Positions 49,449-59,009 of a DNA stretch of 64,000 nucleotides are shown piece by piece (position 1 is the first letter of the stretch; each line of letters starts with the position of its first letter). This DNA comes from Thiobacillaceae bacterium (GTDB taxonomy: Bacteria; Pseudomonadota; Gammaproteobacteria; Burkholderiales; Thiobacillaceae). A program made the translations under genes and the position numbers. Location of the stretch: assembly GCA_052145875.1 (NCBI GenBank), contig JBKQNQ010000145.1:1925-65924 (forward strand), written 5' to 3'. Under the pieces are notes generated by a model, which saw only the letters and a program-made list of their open reading frames with translations, was not told the origin of the DNA and made no database searches.

Positions 49449-50327
49449 TCAATGGTCCGGGCTGTTTTGGCGCTCCAGTGCCAGCATGATTGCGCTCGAA
49501 TCAAGCTCGCCGTCGCCCGCATCCATCAAGGTCGCGATCTGCTCTGCGAACAGACGCGTTCCGGGCAAATGCAGTGCCGTTTCGGCCATGTTGTCCAGGA
49601 CAATTCTTATGTCCTTGTTGTGTAACTTGACCTTAAAGCCCGCCGTGTAGTTGCCCTCCAACATCCGCTGACCGTGCACTTCCAGTATGCGGCTGTATGC
49701 GAAACCTCCCATCAGCGCCTCACGCATCTTCACCGGGTCAACGCCGTTCTTGCGCGCAAGTAAGATCGCTTCGGCTACCCCTTCAAAGGTTAGGCTCACC
49801 ACGATCTGGTTGCAGGCCTTGACCACCTGTCCAGCGCCATGGTCTCCCACGTGGATGACGTTCTCACCCAAGATATTGAATAGCGGTTTGATCCGCTGGA
49901 ATACGCCGGCCTTGCCACCCACCATGATCGACAAGGTGCCACTCTTGGCACCCATTTCACCGCCAGAAACGGGCGCGTCGAGCATTTCCACGCCACGGTC
50001 TTCCAGTCGTTGGGCGATGCGGCGGGTGGCACTGGGGGAAATCGTGCTCATGTCGACCACGACGGAGCCGGCCCGCGCGCCGTGAATAATCCCGTGGGCA
50101 CCGAGGATCACCTCCTCCACGTCCGTCGTGTCGTGCACCACGGTGAAGATCACGTCGCTGACCGACGCGAGGTCCGAGGGCGTTCCTTTCCCCAAAGCGC
50201 CTGCAACAAGCAGCGGCTCCACCGCATCAAACCGGCGGCCATATACCGAGAGCGGGTGCCCCGCATTCATAAGATTGAGTGCCATGGGGCGGCCCATAAT
50301 GCCCGTACCGATAAATCCGATGTTCAT
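49449..50327 (-). CDS. NAD(P)-dependent 3-hydroxyacid dehydrogenase, tartronate semialdehyde reductase-like
   Basis: Start at ATG 50327 gives MNIGFIGTGIMGRPMALNL (Rossmann motif). The track ORF extends upstream implausibly. Confidence 0.88.
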   Translation of the reverse strand: MNIGFIGTGIMGRPMALNLMNAGHPLSVYGRRFDAVEPLLVAGALGKGTPSDLASVSDVIFTVVHDTTDVEEVILGAHGIIHGARAGSVVVDMSTISPSATRRIAQRLEDRGVEMLDAPVSGGEMGAKSGTLSIMVGGKAGVFQRIKPLFNILGENVIHVGDHGAGQVVKACNQIVVSLTFEGVAEAILLARKNGVDPVKMREALMGGFAYSRILEVHGQRMLEGNYTAGFKVKLHNKDIRIVLDNMAETALHLPGTRLFAEQIATLMDAGDGELDSSAIMLALERQNSPDH

Positions 50328-50760
50328 GCTGTTCCCTTCCCAACCGAACGAAAATTCTAGCCCTAATGGGTGAGAAAGACAGCACCTCGTGACCGTGGTG
50401 GTTGCCAGAAGGGTGTGTCGTGCCCCCCGGCATCGCGGAGTGCGTTCCTGCCGCAGGCAGAGCAAGAGGCGAACGACGCGGATCCGGTACACAGTTCCTC
50501 GGGTACAGCGCGTTGCCAATTGCAAGTGGGCCAATTAATTTTCTTTGGCAGGGCGTCGGCCCTTCACGATGCTGTGAGCGTTCATTGGGTCACGCCATTG
50601 TTGCACCACGTAGCCAGAACTTAGCGGCTAGGTGGACGGCGACAGGGGACTCTTAGCCGAGGCCTTGGTGCGCCCGTTGGAGTTGCGGCGCCGCATAGGC
50701 GGGCCGATCTGCGTTGCACGAGACCTACCCCGGAACGTCGATGGGGTGCATCGTCGTGCG

Positions 50761-50778
50761 CGTCGCCAATTGGCGACG
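50761..50778. repeat. Perfect 18-bp palindrome CGTCGCCAATTGGCGACG
   Basis: Read directly from the sequence inside a 0.7-kb ORF-free interval. Confidence 0.9.
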
Positions 50779-51035
50779 TGTTGGTGGCTACCGGACCCTC
50801 CGGGACGCGCGTTTGCAATTGCCCTGTGGCAGACGCCGTTTGGCACCGTTACACATGGGCCATCGCACGCTGGTCAACGGTTCTCTTGCTCCGCCGCGCC
50901 CATTTTGGTCAATGCCAATCGGTTTGCCTCGGTTTGTAATTCCCGCAGGCACAAGAACAAGCGACGGGCGTGCAAATGAGTTCGATTGCGCCTGCCCGAC
51001 TCCCGAAGCGCAAGAAACAGGGGGCTGATGAAGCG

Positions 51036-51500
51036 CTAATGAACCTTCAGCAGGTCGACTTCAAAGATTAGGGTTGCATTGGGCGGAATGACGCCGCCCG
51101 CCCCGGCTTCACCGTAACCCAACTGGGGGGGAATTGTGAGCAGTCGCTTGCCACCAACTCTCATGCCCGCCACGCCTTCGTCCCAACCGCGGATGACTTG
51201 GCCGCCGCCAAGGGAAAAGTCGAACGGCTCGCCGCGGTCTTTGCTGGAGTCAAACTTGGTGTGGTCGGTCAGCCACCCGGTGTAGTGTACGGAGACCGTT
51301 TGGCCCGTCTTGGCAGGGTCGCCCTGACCTACGATCAGGTCTTCATATATCAGTCCCGTTGGCGTGGTGATCTGCTTACCGGGATGGGCGGTTGGCGGCA
51401 GGTTAGCACTTCCACCTGCCGTTTGGGCATTCGAGCTCTGTTTGCAGCCGCAGATGGTCAGGCCGGCAAATAAGGCGATGATGGTCAGGGTCTTGCGCAT
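51036..51500 (-). CDS. FKBP-type peptidyl-prolyl isomerase, probable lipoprotein
   Basis: Start at ATG 51500 gives [19 protein letters not shown] (lipobox-like). FKBP domain VHYTGWL...FDSS...[12 protein letters not shown]. Confidence 0.88.
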   Translation of the reverse strand: MRKTLTIIALFAGLTICGCKQSSNAQTAGGSANLPPTAHPGKQITTPTGLIYEDLIVGQGDPAKTGQTVSVHYTGWLTDHTKFDSSKDRGEPFDFSLGGGQVIRGWDEGVAGMRVGGKRLLTIPPQLGYGEAGAGGVIPPNATLIFEVDLLKVH

Positions 51501-51618
51501 GGGCTTGATTCCGAAAACATGGTTGGGCTGGCAAATAATACACTGCCGATGGACGGCCGCAACTGAGCGTATCGGAGTTCGACGCTTCCTTGCGCGATTA
51601 GGACGGGCGCGCATCTGA

Positions 51619-52569
51619 TTATGCGTTGGTCAACATCAGCCAGACGGGCAACGTGAGCAGAAACAGCACGGTGCTCCATGCCACTGTTAGTGCCACGCGC
51701 TCCACATCGAGGTGATACCGGTCAGCCAAGCCCACCGCCATGAGCATGGTGGGAACGCCTGCTTCGAGCACTGCCGCATGCTGTGCCGCACTAAGTGGGT
51801 TAAAAAATGTCTGTGCCAGGAGTTGTGCGGCAAGGGGCAGCAACACGAGCTTGAATACGACGGTAATCAGTACCGGTTTGCTGGGCGTAAGGCGCGACCA
51901 CGGAATGGATAGCCCTAGCATGAGCAGCATCACGGGCACGCTGGGCTGGCCAATGAAGCGCGCGGCCAGAACGAGCGGCTCCGTGTTGATGGGCATAGAG
52001 CCGAGGGCCAGGCCAATGAGGAATGCCCAAACCGGCGGAAGCGTTAGAAACTGCTTGAGTGGGTGGCCGGCATCTTTGATCTGACCACCCAAGCGCACCG
52101 CAATCCAGACGCCGATACTCCATAGCAACGGTGTTGCCGCCGCCATGTCGGCAAAGGCCGCATACCGCCCTCCCGCCTCGCCATACCAGTAGGTGAGCAG
52201 GGGATAGCCCATGAACAAGACGTTACCGAATGTGCCGCAGAGCAGCAATCCGGCACGCGTGGCAGAAGAGAGTGTCTCACCCGCACGGCTTTTGAATAGC
52301 AGGAAGTAGAGGGGTACTCCGGCAAACAGCATGGCGCACGCAACCAGCGCGGGCACGCTAAGCAGGTTGGTGTCCATCTTGGCGCTGGCCGCGGCAGCAA
52401 ACAGCAGGGCAGGTGCAAACAGATTAATCGTGACGCTGGTAATGTATCCGCGTACGGCGCGAATCCCACTTTCATTCAGCCTGGTGCGCCATATGGCGCC
52501 TGCGGCAATGAGCAGCGCCATTGGAAATAGGACTTGAACGAGGAGGTCGGCGTAGTGTTTGGCGGACAT
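51619..52569 (-). CDS. AEC (auxin efflux carrier) family transporter
   Basis: 316 aa with about 10 TM helices and family-typical sequence. Confidence 0.85.
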   Translation of the reverse strand: MSAKHYADLLVQVLFPMALLIAAGAIWRTRLNESGIRAVRGYITSVTINLFAPALLFAAAASAKMDTNLLSVPALVACAMLFAGVPLYFLLFKSRAGETLSSATRAGLLLCGTFGNVLFMGYPLLTYWYGEAGGRYAAFADMAAATPLLWSIGVWIAVRLGGQIKDAGHPLKQFLTLPPVWAFLIGLALGSMPINTEPLVLAARFIGQPSVPVMLLMLGLSIPWSRLTPSKPVLITVVFKLVLLPLAAQLLAQTFFNPLSAAQHAAVLEAGVPTMLMAVGLADRYHLDVERVALTVAWSTVLFLLTLPVWLMLTNA

Positions 52570-52620
52570 GAAAATGGCGGAAGAACTCCCGCCATTGTCG
52601 GGTAATCAGTCGATCTCTTG

Positions 52621-53550
52621 TCAGGTCCGTGGGGTGTTCTTTGCCTCTAGCCAGCTGCGGATGCGAGTGGCATCACCAATCCGACTGTACTTTCCAAGTG
52701 AGTCAAGCAGCACGATGATCACTTCACGCGCGGCGATGCGTGCTTGCATGACCAGGCAATGCCCCGCTTCGTTAATGAAACCGGTCTTTGACAGACCAAT
52801 TTCCCAGTCGGCCTCACGGGTGAGACGATTGGTGTTGGCGAATTCGACTGGGCGGTATGCGATACGCGACACCACATGATGCCTTCTTCTGCGATGAACT
52901 CGGAGGACCACGCGGCGGTAGCCCAGGTTGTATTCACCCGTCGAGGCGATGCGGCGGATTTCCGGGTAATTGAGGTAGGCGTGGTTGACGAGCTTGACCA
53001 AATCTTCGGCGGTGGAACGATTGAGACTCTCCAGCCCGGTCGGATCGATGTAGAGCGTATTTTGCATCCCAAGCTCGCGCGCCTTGCGATTCATCGCGGC
53101 GACAAACTCCGCTTCACCTCCCGGGAAGGTGGTGCGCCCGAGAGCGTGGGCGGCGCGATTTTCTGAGGCGATCAGCGCCATGTTGAGCAGTTGCTCGCGC
53201 GTAAACACCGAGCCCACAGGCAGGCGTGAGTGGCTCCACTTCACGTAATCGATGTCGTCTTTTGTGATGGTGATGCGTTGGTTCATGTCAACCTTGGCAT
53301 CCATCAGCACAACGGCGGTCATCAGCTTGGTGATGGAAGCAATGGGGCTTTGCAAGGTGGAGTTTTTCGACAACAGCACCTGGCCAGTTTGCTGGTCATA
53401 CACCATGGCCGACACGGACGACAGGTCCGGACCCTCGTCCGTGACAGCCGGAGGACCCGCGGTAACCGGGCTTGAATAGGCTTGAGCGGGTATGGCGGGA
53501 GCCAGTAGACTCCACGCTAGAGCAAGTGTAAACAAGCGCAAACTAATCAT
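52621..53550 (-). CDS. pbpG: D-alanyl-D-alanine endopeptidase (PBP7/PbpG-like class C low-MW PBP)
   Basis: Signal peptide plus SITK (SxxK), SEN and KTG motifs; 309 aa. Confidence 0.85.
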   Translation of the reverse strand: MISLRLFTLALAWSLLAPAIPAQAYSSPVTAGPPAVTDEGPDLSSVSAMVYDQQTGQVLLSKNSTLQSPIASITKLMTAVVLMDAKVDMNQRITITKDDIDYVKWSHSRLPVGSVFTREQLLNMALIASENRAAHALGRTTFPGGEAEFVAAMNRKARELGMQNTLYIDPTGLESLNRSTAEDLVKLVNHAYLNYPEIRRIASTGEYNLGYRRVVLRVHRRRRHHVVSRIAYRPVEFANTNRLTREADWEIGLSKTGFINEAGHCLVMQARIAAREVIIVLLDSLGKYSRIGDATRIRSWLEAKNTPRT

Positions 53551-53758
53551 GGTTTTTTCGTGTCACCCCTATGGCCGGAGAACTTATAACAGAAAGCGGA
53601 CAATCGACCAAGAACTTGAGCGTGGCTGCCCTGCAACGATAGGTACCATTTAAGCACATTTAGATTGACCTTGGATAAAAAATCGTTTCATATATAGGCG
53701 GATACGAGGAGCCGCGGAGATTTTACTTAATAAAAGCAGTCTAAGCTCGACCAAGGTG

Positions 53759-55726
53759 ATGCCGGGCATATTGGTGGAGTTGGTGCAAGCCTGTAGCCGA
53801 ACCGACCCGGTGAGCGGGGATTTCGCGCCGTTTTTCTTGCATGACCCGACGCTGGCCCTTCGTTTGCTCGCGTCCGCGCCGCTGCCTGCCCCGACGCCCC
53901 AATCCAGCCCTGAACTCATCCGACCCGCGTTGAACTGTCACTCCATCAGCCAAATTCGTGCCTTGGCGCTGTCCGTGCTGCCACCGTCTCCAGAATTGCT
54001 GCCGTCTCTCCAGGAATGTTGGCTGCGCAGCCTCAAGGTGGCGTTGCTCGCCCGTCAACTCGCGGAAAAGACCGGCGCGTGTCCTGCCGAATGGGCCTGG
54101 CTGGCCGGCCTCTTTCACAATCTCGGGGAGGGGCTGCGTATTCAGGGCCTCGGCGAAGAGATGGCCGGCGTCGAGTTGGAAAGATTGGACGCGTGCGGAT
54201 TCATTGCCGATGCAGTACGTCACTGCCGCGTCCCGCTTCCACGCGTCAAGACGGCGCATCCGTTGGTTAAGATCATTCATGCAGCGTATGCGTTGTCCAG
54301 CCGTGATCTGGGCGCGAACAGTATGGAGGGGCGAGGGGCGCTGGCGGGCATGGACTTGGAGGGCACCGAAGCGGCGACCCTCGTGAGCTCGGCCCATGCG
54401 CAACTTGGCCAGATCGTGGCGCGTTACGGTATGGGCGAGCCGAACACGGGCAATCTTTACAGCACGGATGGGGGATCGCTGGCACAGCTGATACACGCCT
54501 ACAGTAAATTTGCCGCGGCCGGCGTATTTCAGGAAGCACTACCGCCGACCTTTACGGCGGAATCGCTTGGAAGAGTTTTGATCGAACTGCTACCCCTGGT
54601 TTTTGGGGTATCGGACGTCATCCTGTTTGTTGTCCATCAAGAAGACGGCTCGCTGCGTCTGCTTAGCGACGACAGCCAGCCGCAAGGGTTGCGGGAATTG
54701 AGCTTCAGGCTCGGTGACCCCATGGGCTGCCTCACGCTTGCAAGCCAAGGTAAACCGGTACGGTGGAGCCGGGACGAGGCGGATCGGTACGCGGTGCTGG
54801 ATGAGCAGATTGCCCGGCTGCTACGCGCGCATACCGTGTTTTATCAGCCATTGGGCGGTCAACGGGGCGTCGAGGCTATTCTGGCGGTGGCAAACCCTGC
54901 GCGGCGTATGGAAGAGGAGCCGTCCTGGCAAACCCTGGTGGCGAAGCTCAATGCAGGATTTGGCGCGGGAGAGGCCCCCGCGCCGGCCATCCTGCAGGTG
55001 GCGTATCCCCAGGATGTGATTCCGCGTGATCAAGTGCGAAGGGCGGTGCACGAGGTGGCCAACCCGCTCACCATCATGCGTAACTATGTAAATCTGCTTT
55101 CAAGCAAGCTGGAGTCGGATGTCGCGTCCCAGCGTGACTTGAAGATCATCAGCGATGAGATCGAGCGGGCGGCTCGAATTCTGCGTGAGTTGACGCGGGC
55201 ACAGGTGGACAAGGATTTTGTGATTCCGGACGAGGAAACGGACAGCGTGGCGGTGAATCCCGTCATTTCTGAGTTGGTGCGCATGTCTCTTGGCACCTTG
55301 TTCGTTCCCAATCGCATCAGTGTACAAATCGACCTGGATCCGGATATTCCGCAAATACGGACCAGCCGCGACAAGCTCAAACAAGTCCTGCTCAACTTGG
55401 CGAAGAACGCGGTGGAGGCTATGCCGCGTGGCGGCCGCCTCATTATCGCCACGCGTATCCGGACTGATTTGACGCCACCGAGGCTGGAGATCTCCATGCG
55501 TGACAACGGCCCCGGTCTACCGGACTCCGTATTGGAACGGCTCTTTGAGCCGGTTGCTTCCACAAAGGGCGGGGACCACTCAGGGTTGGGCTTGTCAATC
55601 AGCAGCAATTTGGTGAAGAGCTTGGGCGGCGAAATCGAATGCGACACCGGGCAAAACGGAACCGAGTTTCGCGTTCTGCTGCCTGTCGTGTCAATCGCAC
55701 GCACCAATATAAAGATGAGCGGATGA
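53759..55726 (+). CDS. Cytoplasmic sensor histidine kinase with degenerate HDOD-like N-terminus and GAF-like middle region
   Basis: No TM helices. AGLFHNLGE in place of the HD motif. H-box HEVANPL and HATPase_c (GSGLGLSI-like). Start is ATG 53759 or GTG 53756. Confidence 0.85.
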   Translation: MPGILVELVQACSRTDPVSGDFAPFFLHDPTLALRLLASAPLPAPTPQSSPELIRPALNCHSISQIRALALSVLPPSPELLPSLQECWLRSLKVALLARQLAEKTGACPAEWAWLAGLFHNLGEGLRIQGLGEEMAGVELERLDACGFIADAVRHCRVPLPRVKTAHPLVKIIHAAYALSSRDLGANSMEGRGALAGMDLEGTEAATLVSSAHAQLGQIVARYGMGEPNTGNLYSTDGGSLAQLIHAYSKFAAAGVFQEALPPTFTAESLGRVLIELLPLVFGVSDVILFVVHQEDGSLRLLSDDSQPQGLRELSFRLGDPMGCLTLASQGKPVRWSRDEADRYAVLDEQIARLLRAHTVFYQPLGGQRGVEAILAVANPARRMEEEPSWQTLVAKLNAGFGAGEAPAPAILQVAYPQDVIPRDQVRRAVHEVANPLTIMRNYVNLLSSKLESDVASQRDLKIISDEIERAARILRELTRAQVDKDFVIPDEETDSVAVNPVISELVRMSLGTLFVPNRISVQIDLDPDIPQIRTSRDKLKQVLLNLAKNAVEAMPRGGRLIIATRIRTDLTPPRLEISMRDNGPGLPDSVLERLFEPVASTKGGDHSGLGLSISSNLVKSLGGEIECDTGQNGTEFRVLLPVVSIARTNIKMSG

Positions 55727-57960
55727 GCATTAATGCAAGGGGGAACACCGGCACCATGAAAAATCCAATCGGCCAGAAAGAAATTCCGTTTCAAGAACTG
55801 GGGCGGCTGGCGCAAAGACTTCGGATACTCATTATCGATGACGAACCGCTGATCCTCGAAGGGCTCGCCAGCTTACTCAAACTCAGGGAGTACGACGTAA
55901 CGGTGGCGCAGGGTGGGCGTAATGCGCTGACCGCGATTTTCAAGCAGCAGTACGATCTGATTCTTCTTGATCTTTGCATGCCGGATCTAGACGGCGCCGA
56001 GGTGCTCCGATTCCTCACCGACAAAGGCGTGGAAACACCCGTCATTGTGGTGTCGGGGGACAGCTCGATTGACGGCGCCATTCGGGCGTTACGCGGCGGC
56101 GCCACCGATTTTATCCGCAAGCCTTATGAGCCAGAAGAACTGCTGCGGCGCATCCATAACACGTTGGATAGCCGGCGTCTCGAAAAAGAGAATAACCTGA
56201 TCCTGTTGCGCTTGCAGCAGTCCGAAAAGTGGCATCGGTTTTTGGTGAATAGTTCACCGGATTTCATTTATACCCTCGATCAGGATGGCCGTTTCACCTT
56301 CATCAATGACCGCGTGGAAAATCTGCTTGGCTATACCAAGGACGAATTGATGGGTCAGCACTACTCCTTCCTGATTTATGATGAGGATGTGGCACGCGCG
56401 GAGAATGTCTTCAACGAACGTCGCTCCTCGGAACGAAGCACGCGCAGTGTGGAGCTGCGGCTCAAGTGCAATCAGGGTAATCGTCGACCACGCATCATGA
56501 ACGGGCGCTACCGCACTGTCGAACTCTGTGCCACAGGTATGTATGAGTCGACTGACAATAAGTTCGAAACCCGGTTCATGGGCACATATGGGGTGGCGAA
56601 GGATATTTCAGACCGCAAGCAGGCGGAAGAAACCGTTTATTATCAAGCGTACCATGATCTGTTAACAGGCCTGCCGAATCGCGCCCTGTTCCGTGACCAT
56701 CTTGGCCTCGCACTGGCTCAGTCCAAACGCAGTCGCCAGACGATGGCCATTCTGATTCTTGATTTGGATCATTTCAAGGTGATCAATGATTCGCTCGGGC
56801 ATGGCTGTGGCGATGAACTCCTCATCAACATGGCAAGTCGTTTGCGCGCGTGTCTGCGTGAGGGCGATACGCTAGCCCGCCTGGGCGGGGACGAATTCGG
56901 CTTGCTACTGCCGGGAATTCTCACCCGGGAGGATGTCGAGCTCATCGGACGCAAGATTATCAACACGCTTAACAAGCCTTTGGATATTCGGGACCACGAG
57001 CTATTCATTTCGGTGAGCATAGGCGCCGCCATGGCACCGACGGATGGCGATATGGTCGACGTGCTGATTCGTCAGGCTGAAATCGCGATGTACCAGGCTA
57101 AATCGCAAGGCCGCACCCGCATGCAGTTTTGGCAGGCGGGGATGCAGGCACCTTATTCAACCCGGTTGCAGGTGGAGGCGGATCTGCGCCGGGCGCTGGC
57201 GCGCAACGAATTCGTGCTGTTCTACCAACCCCAGGTGGACATTGCCTCAGGAGAGATTCGTGGGTTTGAGGCCTTGCTTCGATGGTGGCATCCCGAACGG
57301 GGGTTATTGTCGCCCGCTGAGTTCATCCCGATTGCAGAGGAAACGGGGGTCATTGTGCCAATTGGCGAATGGGTGTTGCGGGCCGCTTCCGCGCAACTGG
57401 CAGAATGGAAGAAGGCCCAGTTGCCTCAAGTCAGGATGTCAGTCAATATTTCTGCGCGGCAATTGGAGAACCCGGATTTTGTCGATAGTGTCATGCGCTC
57501 CATGCAGATTTACGCGCTGGACAATGATCGGATGGAACTTGAAATTACCGAAAGTTTGCTGATGCGCGATTTGGAAGCAAATGCACTCAAGCTTGGGCGG
57601 CTCGCTTCAGCCGGCATCAAGATCGCGGTGGATGATTTCGGCACCGGCTACAGCTCATTCAAGTATCTGAGCAAATTCCCCATCCACACGCTGAAAATTG
57701 ACCAATCCTTCATAACGGAAATGGTGCCTAACGAACCTTCGCCGATCGTCAATGCAATTGTTGGGATGGGCAAGGGGCTTAACCTGAACGTCGTGGCTGA
57801 AGGCGTGGAAACCGAAGATCAGCTCGATATTCTCCGTAGACTTGATTGCAACGAGATGCAGGGTTTCCTGTTTAGCGCGCCGATTTCCTCACACGACGCC
57901 ACCCGAATGTTAACAGCGGTGGCCGAGGGTGCGCCGCGGGTGGGCGCCATCGCATCATAA
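55723..57960 (+). CDS. Response regulator with PAS, GGDEF and EAL domains
   Basis: REC (LIIDDEP...DLCMPDLDG), a PAS domain, an intact GGDEF motif (RLGGDEFGLL) and EAL (FEALLRW). ATGA overlap with the kinase gene. Confidence 0.92.
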   Translation: MSINARGNTGTMKNPIGQKEIPFQELGRLAQRLRILIIDDEPLILEGLASLLKLREYDVTVAQGGRNALTAIFKQQYDLILLDLCMPDLDGAEVLRFLTDKGVETPVIVVSGDSSIDGAIRALRGGATDFIRKPYEPEELLRRIHNTLDSRRLEKENNLILLRLQQSEKWHRFLVNSSPDFIYTLDQDGRFTFINDRVENLLGYTKDELMGQHYSFLIYDEDVARAENVFNERRSSERSTRSVELRLKCNQGNRRPRIMNGRYRTVELCATGMYESTDNKFETRFMGTYGVAKDISDRKQAEETVYYQAYHDLLTGLPNRALFRDHLGLALAQSKRSRQTMAILILDLDHFKVINDSLGHGCGDELLINMASRLRACLREGDTLARLGGDEFGLLLPGILTREDVELIGRKIINTLNKPLDIRDHELFISVSIGAAMAPTDGDMVDVLIRQAEIAMYQAKSQGRTRMQFWQAGMQAPYSTRLQVEADLRRALARNEFVLFYQPQVDIASGEIRGFEALLRWWHPERGLLSPAEFIPIAEETGVIVPIGEWVLRAASAQLAEWKKAQLPQVRMSVNISARQLENPDFVDSVMRSMQIYALDNDRMELEITESLLMRDLEANALKLGRLASAGIKIAVDDFGTGYSSFKYLSKFPIHTLKIDQSFITEMVPNEPSPIVNAIVGMGKGLNLNVVAEGVETEDQLDILRRLDCNEMQGFLFSAPISSHDATRMLTAVAEGAPRVGAIAS

Positions 57961-58583
57961 TTTTGCGCAGACGGGCCGCTCAGGTCCAAGCATCGCCCGG
58001 TGCCGCGTAGCGACACGGTTCTATCGCCCTGCCTTCCGGCGCCCAATTGGGATACCTCCCCCGCGTTTCGGATGGCCATCATTCGGAACGCGAACTCGAA
58101 TGGGTGTCTGGCCCCGAGACGATCGGGCGTCAAGACCAATTGACCGGGCGCCGTTGCGCGCGCGTCCACCCGATTGCTGCGGCCGGCAGGGGCCACATCG
58201 CTGATCTGACACGCTGCGGCGGCCGGGGGCCTGCGGGCCCAACCGATACTTGGGCGGCGGGAAGCCATTGCGTTGCCTTGGACGACTGGCATCCCCTGCC
58301 AGCAGCGGGGGCGCTTGTCGCGTACCGGGTCAAAATGATAGGCTGAAGCACGCTACCGAAATCGCGCGGCGTTGGGCGCGTCCGAAAATGAACCTCTTGG
58401 CCTAAACGGCAGTCCACCCAACGGCGAATCGCTCACCCTCGAGTAGACGGCTGCAGCTCACCTAAGCGGGGATGGTGGAAGTGGCCACGACAGGATGTCA
58501 TCGCAGGCCATGCCGCACGGCATGGGGAAGTAACCAATGTGTAACGGGCGCGGCGGATAATGGGGCGCCAATGAGGAGCAAAC

Positions 58584-59006
58584 ATGAAGTGGAACAGGGC
58601 ACGAGCCACCAAGGGATTTACCCTAATCGAACTGTTGGTGGTGATCGTGATCATCGGCCTGCTGGTTGGAATCGTGGCGCCGCGATATTTCGGTCAGGTC
58701 GGCAAATCAGAGGTGAAAGCAGCCCAAGCGCAGATCAATAGCCTTGAAAAAGCCCTGGACCAATATCGCCTGGACGTGGGCCATTACCCGACCACCGAAC
58801 AAGGGCTGGCTGCCTTAAATACCCAGCCAACCGGCGAGACACATTGGCAGGGCCCCTACCTCAAGAAGGCCGTCCCCAATGATCCCTGGGGTCAGCCTTA
58901 CCAATACCGGTCCCCGGGCGAACATGGGGACTTCGACCTCTTATCCTACGGCAAGGACGGGAAGCCCGGCGGCGAGGGTGAGGCGGCGGATATCGTCAAC
59001 TGGTAG
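58584..59006 (+). CDS. gspG: Type II secretion major pseudopilin GspG
   Basis: Prepilin leader ending KG/FTLIELLVV. Conserved DPWGQPYQYRSPGEHGDFDLLSYGKDGKPGG...DIVNW. GAGGAG Shine-Dalgarno. Confidence 0.93.
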   Translation: MKWNRARATKGFTLIELLVVIVIIGLLVGIVAPRYFGQVGKSEVKAAQAQINSLEKALDQYRLDVGHYPTTEQGLAALNTQPTGETHWQGPYLKKAVPNDPWGQPYQYRSPGEHGDFDLLSYGKDGKPGGEGEAADIVNW

Positions 59007-59009
59007 GCC

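Noticed and set aside
50513-50823. Apparent enrichment of CAATTG cores in the 50.3-51.0 kb spacer, also seen at about 58046 and 58137.
   Set aside because: CAATTG also occurs many times inside coding regions of this window, so the hexamer alone is not significant. Only the 18-bp perfect palindrome is kept as an observation.
58287-58300. Sigma-54-like TGGCATCCCCTGCC upstream of gspG.
   Set aside because: The GC dinucleotide is 2 nt too close to the GG element, so the GG-N10-GC spacing rule fails. TGGCAC at 50847-50852 likewise lacks a -12 GC.
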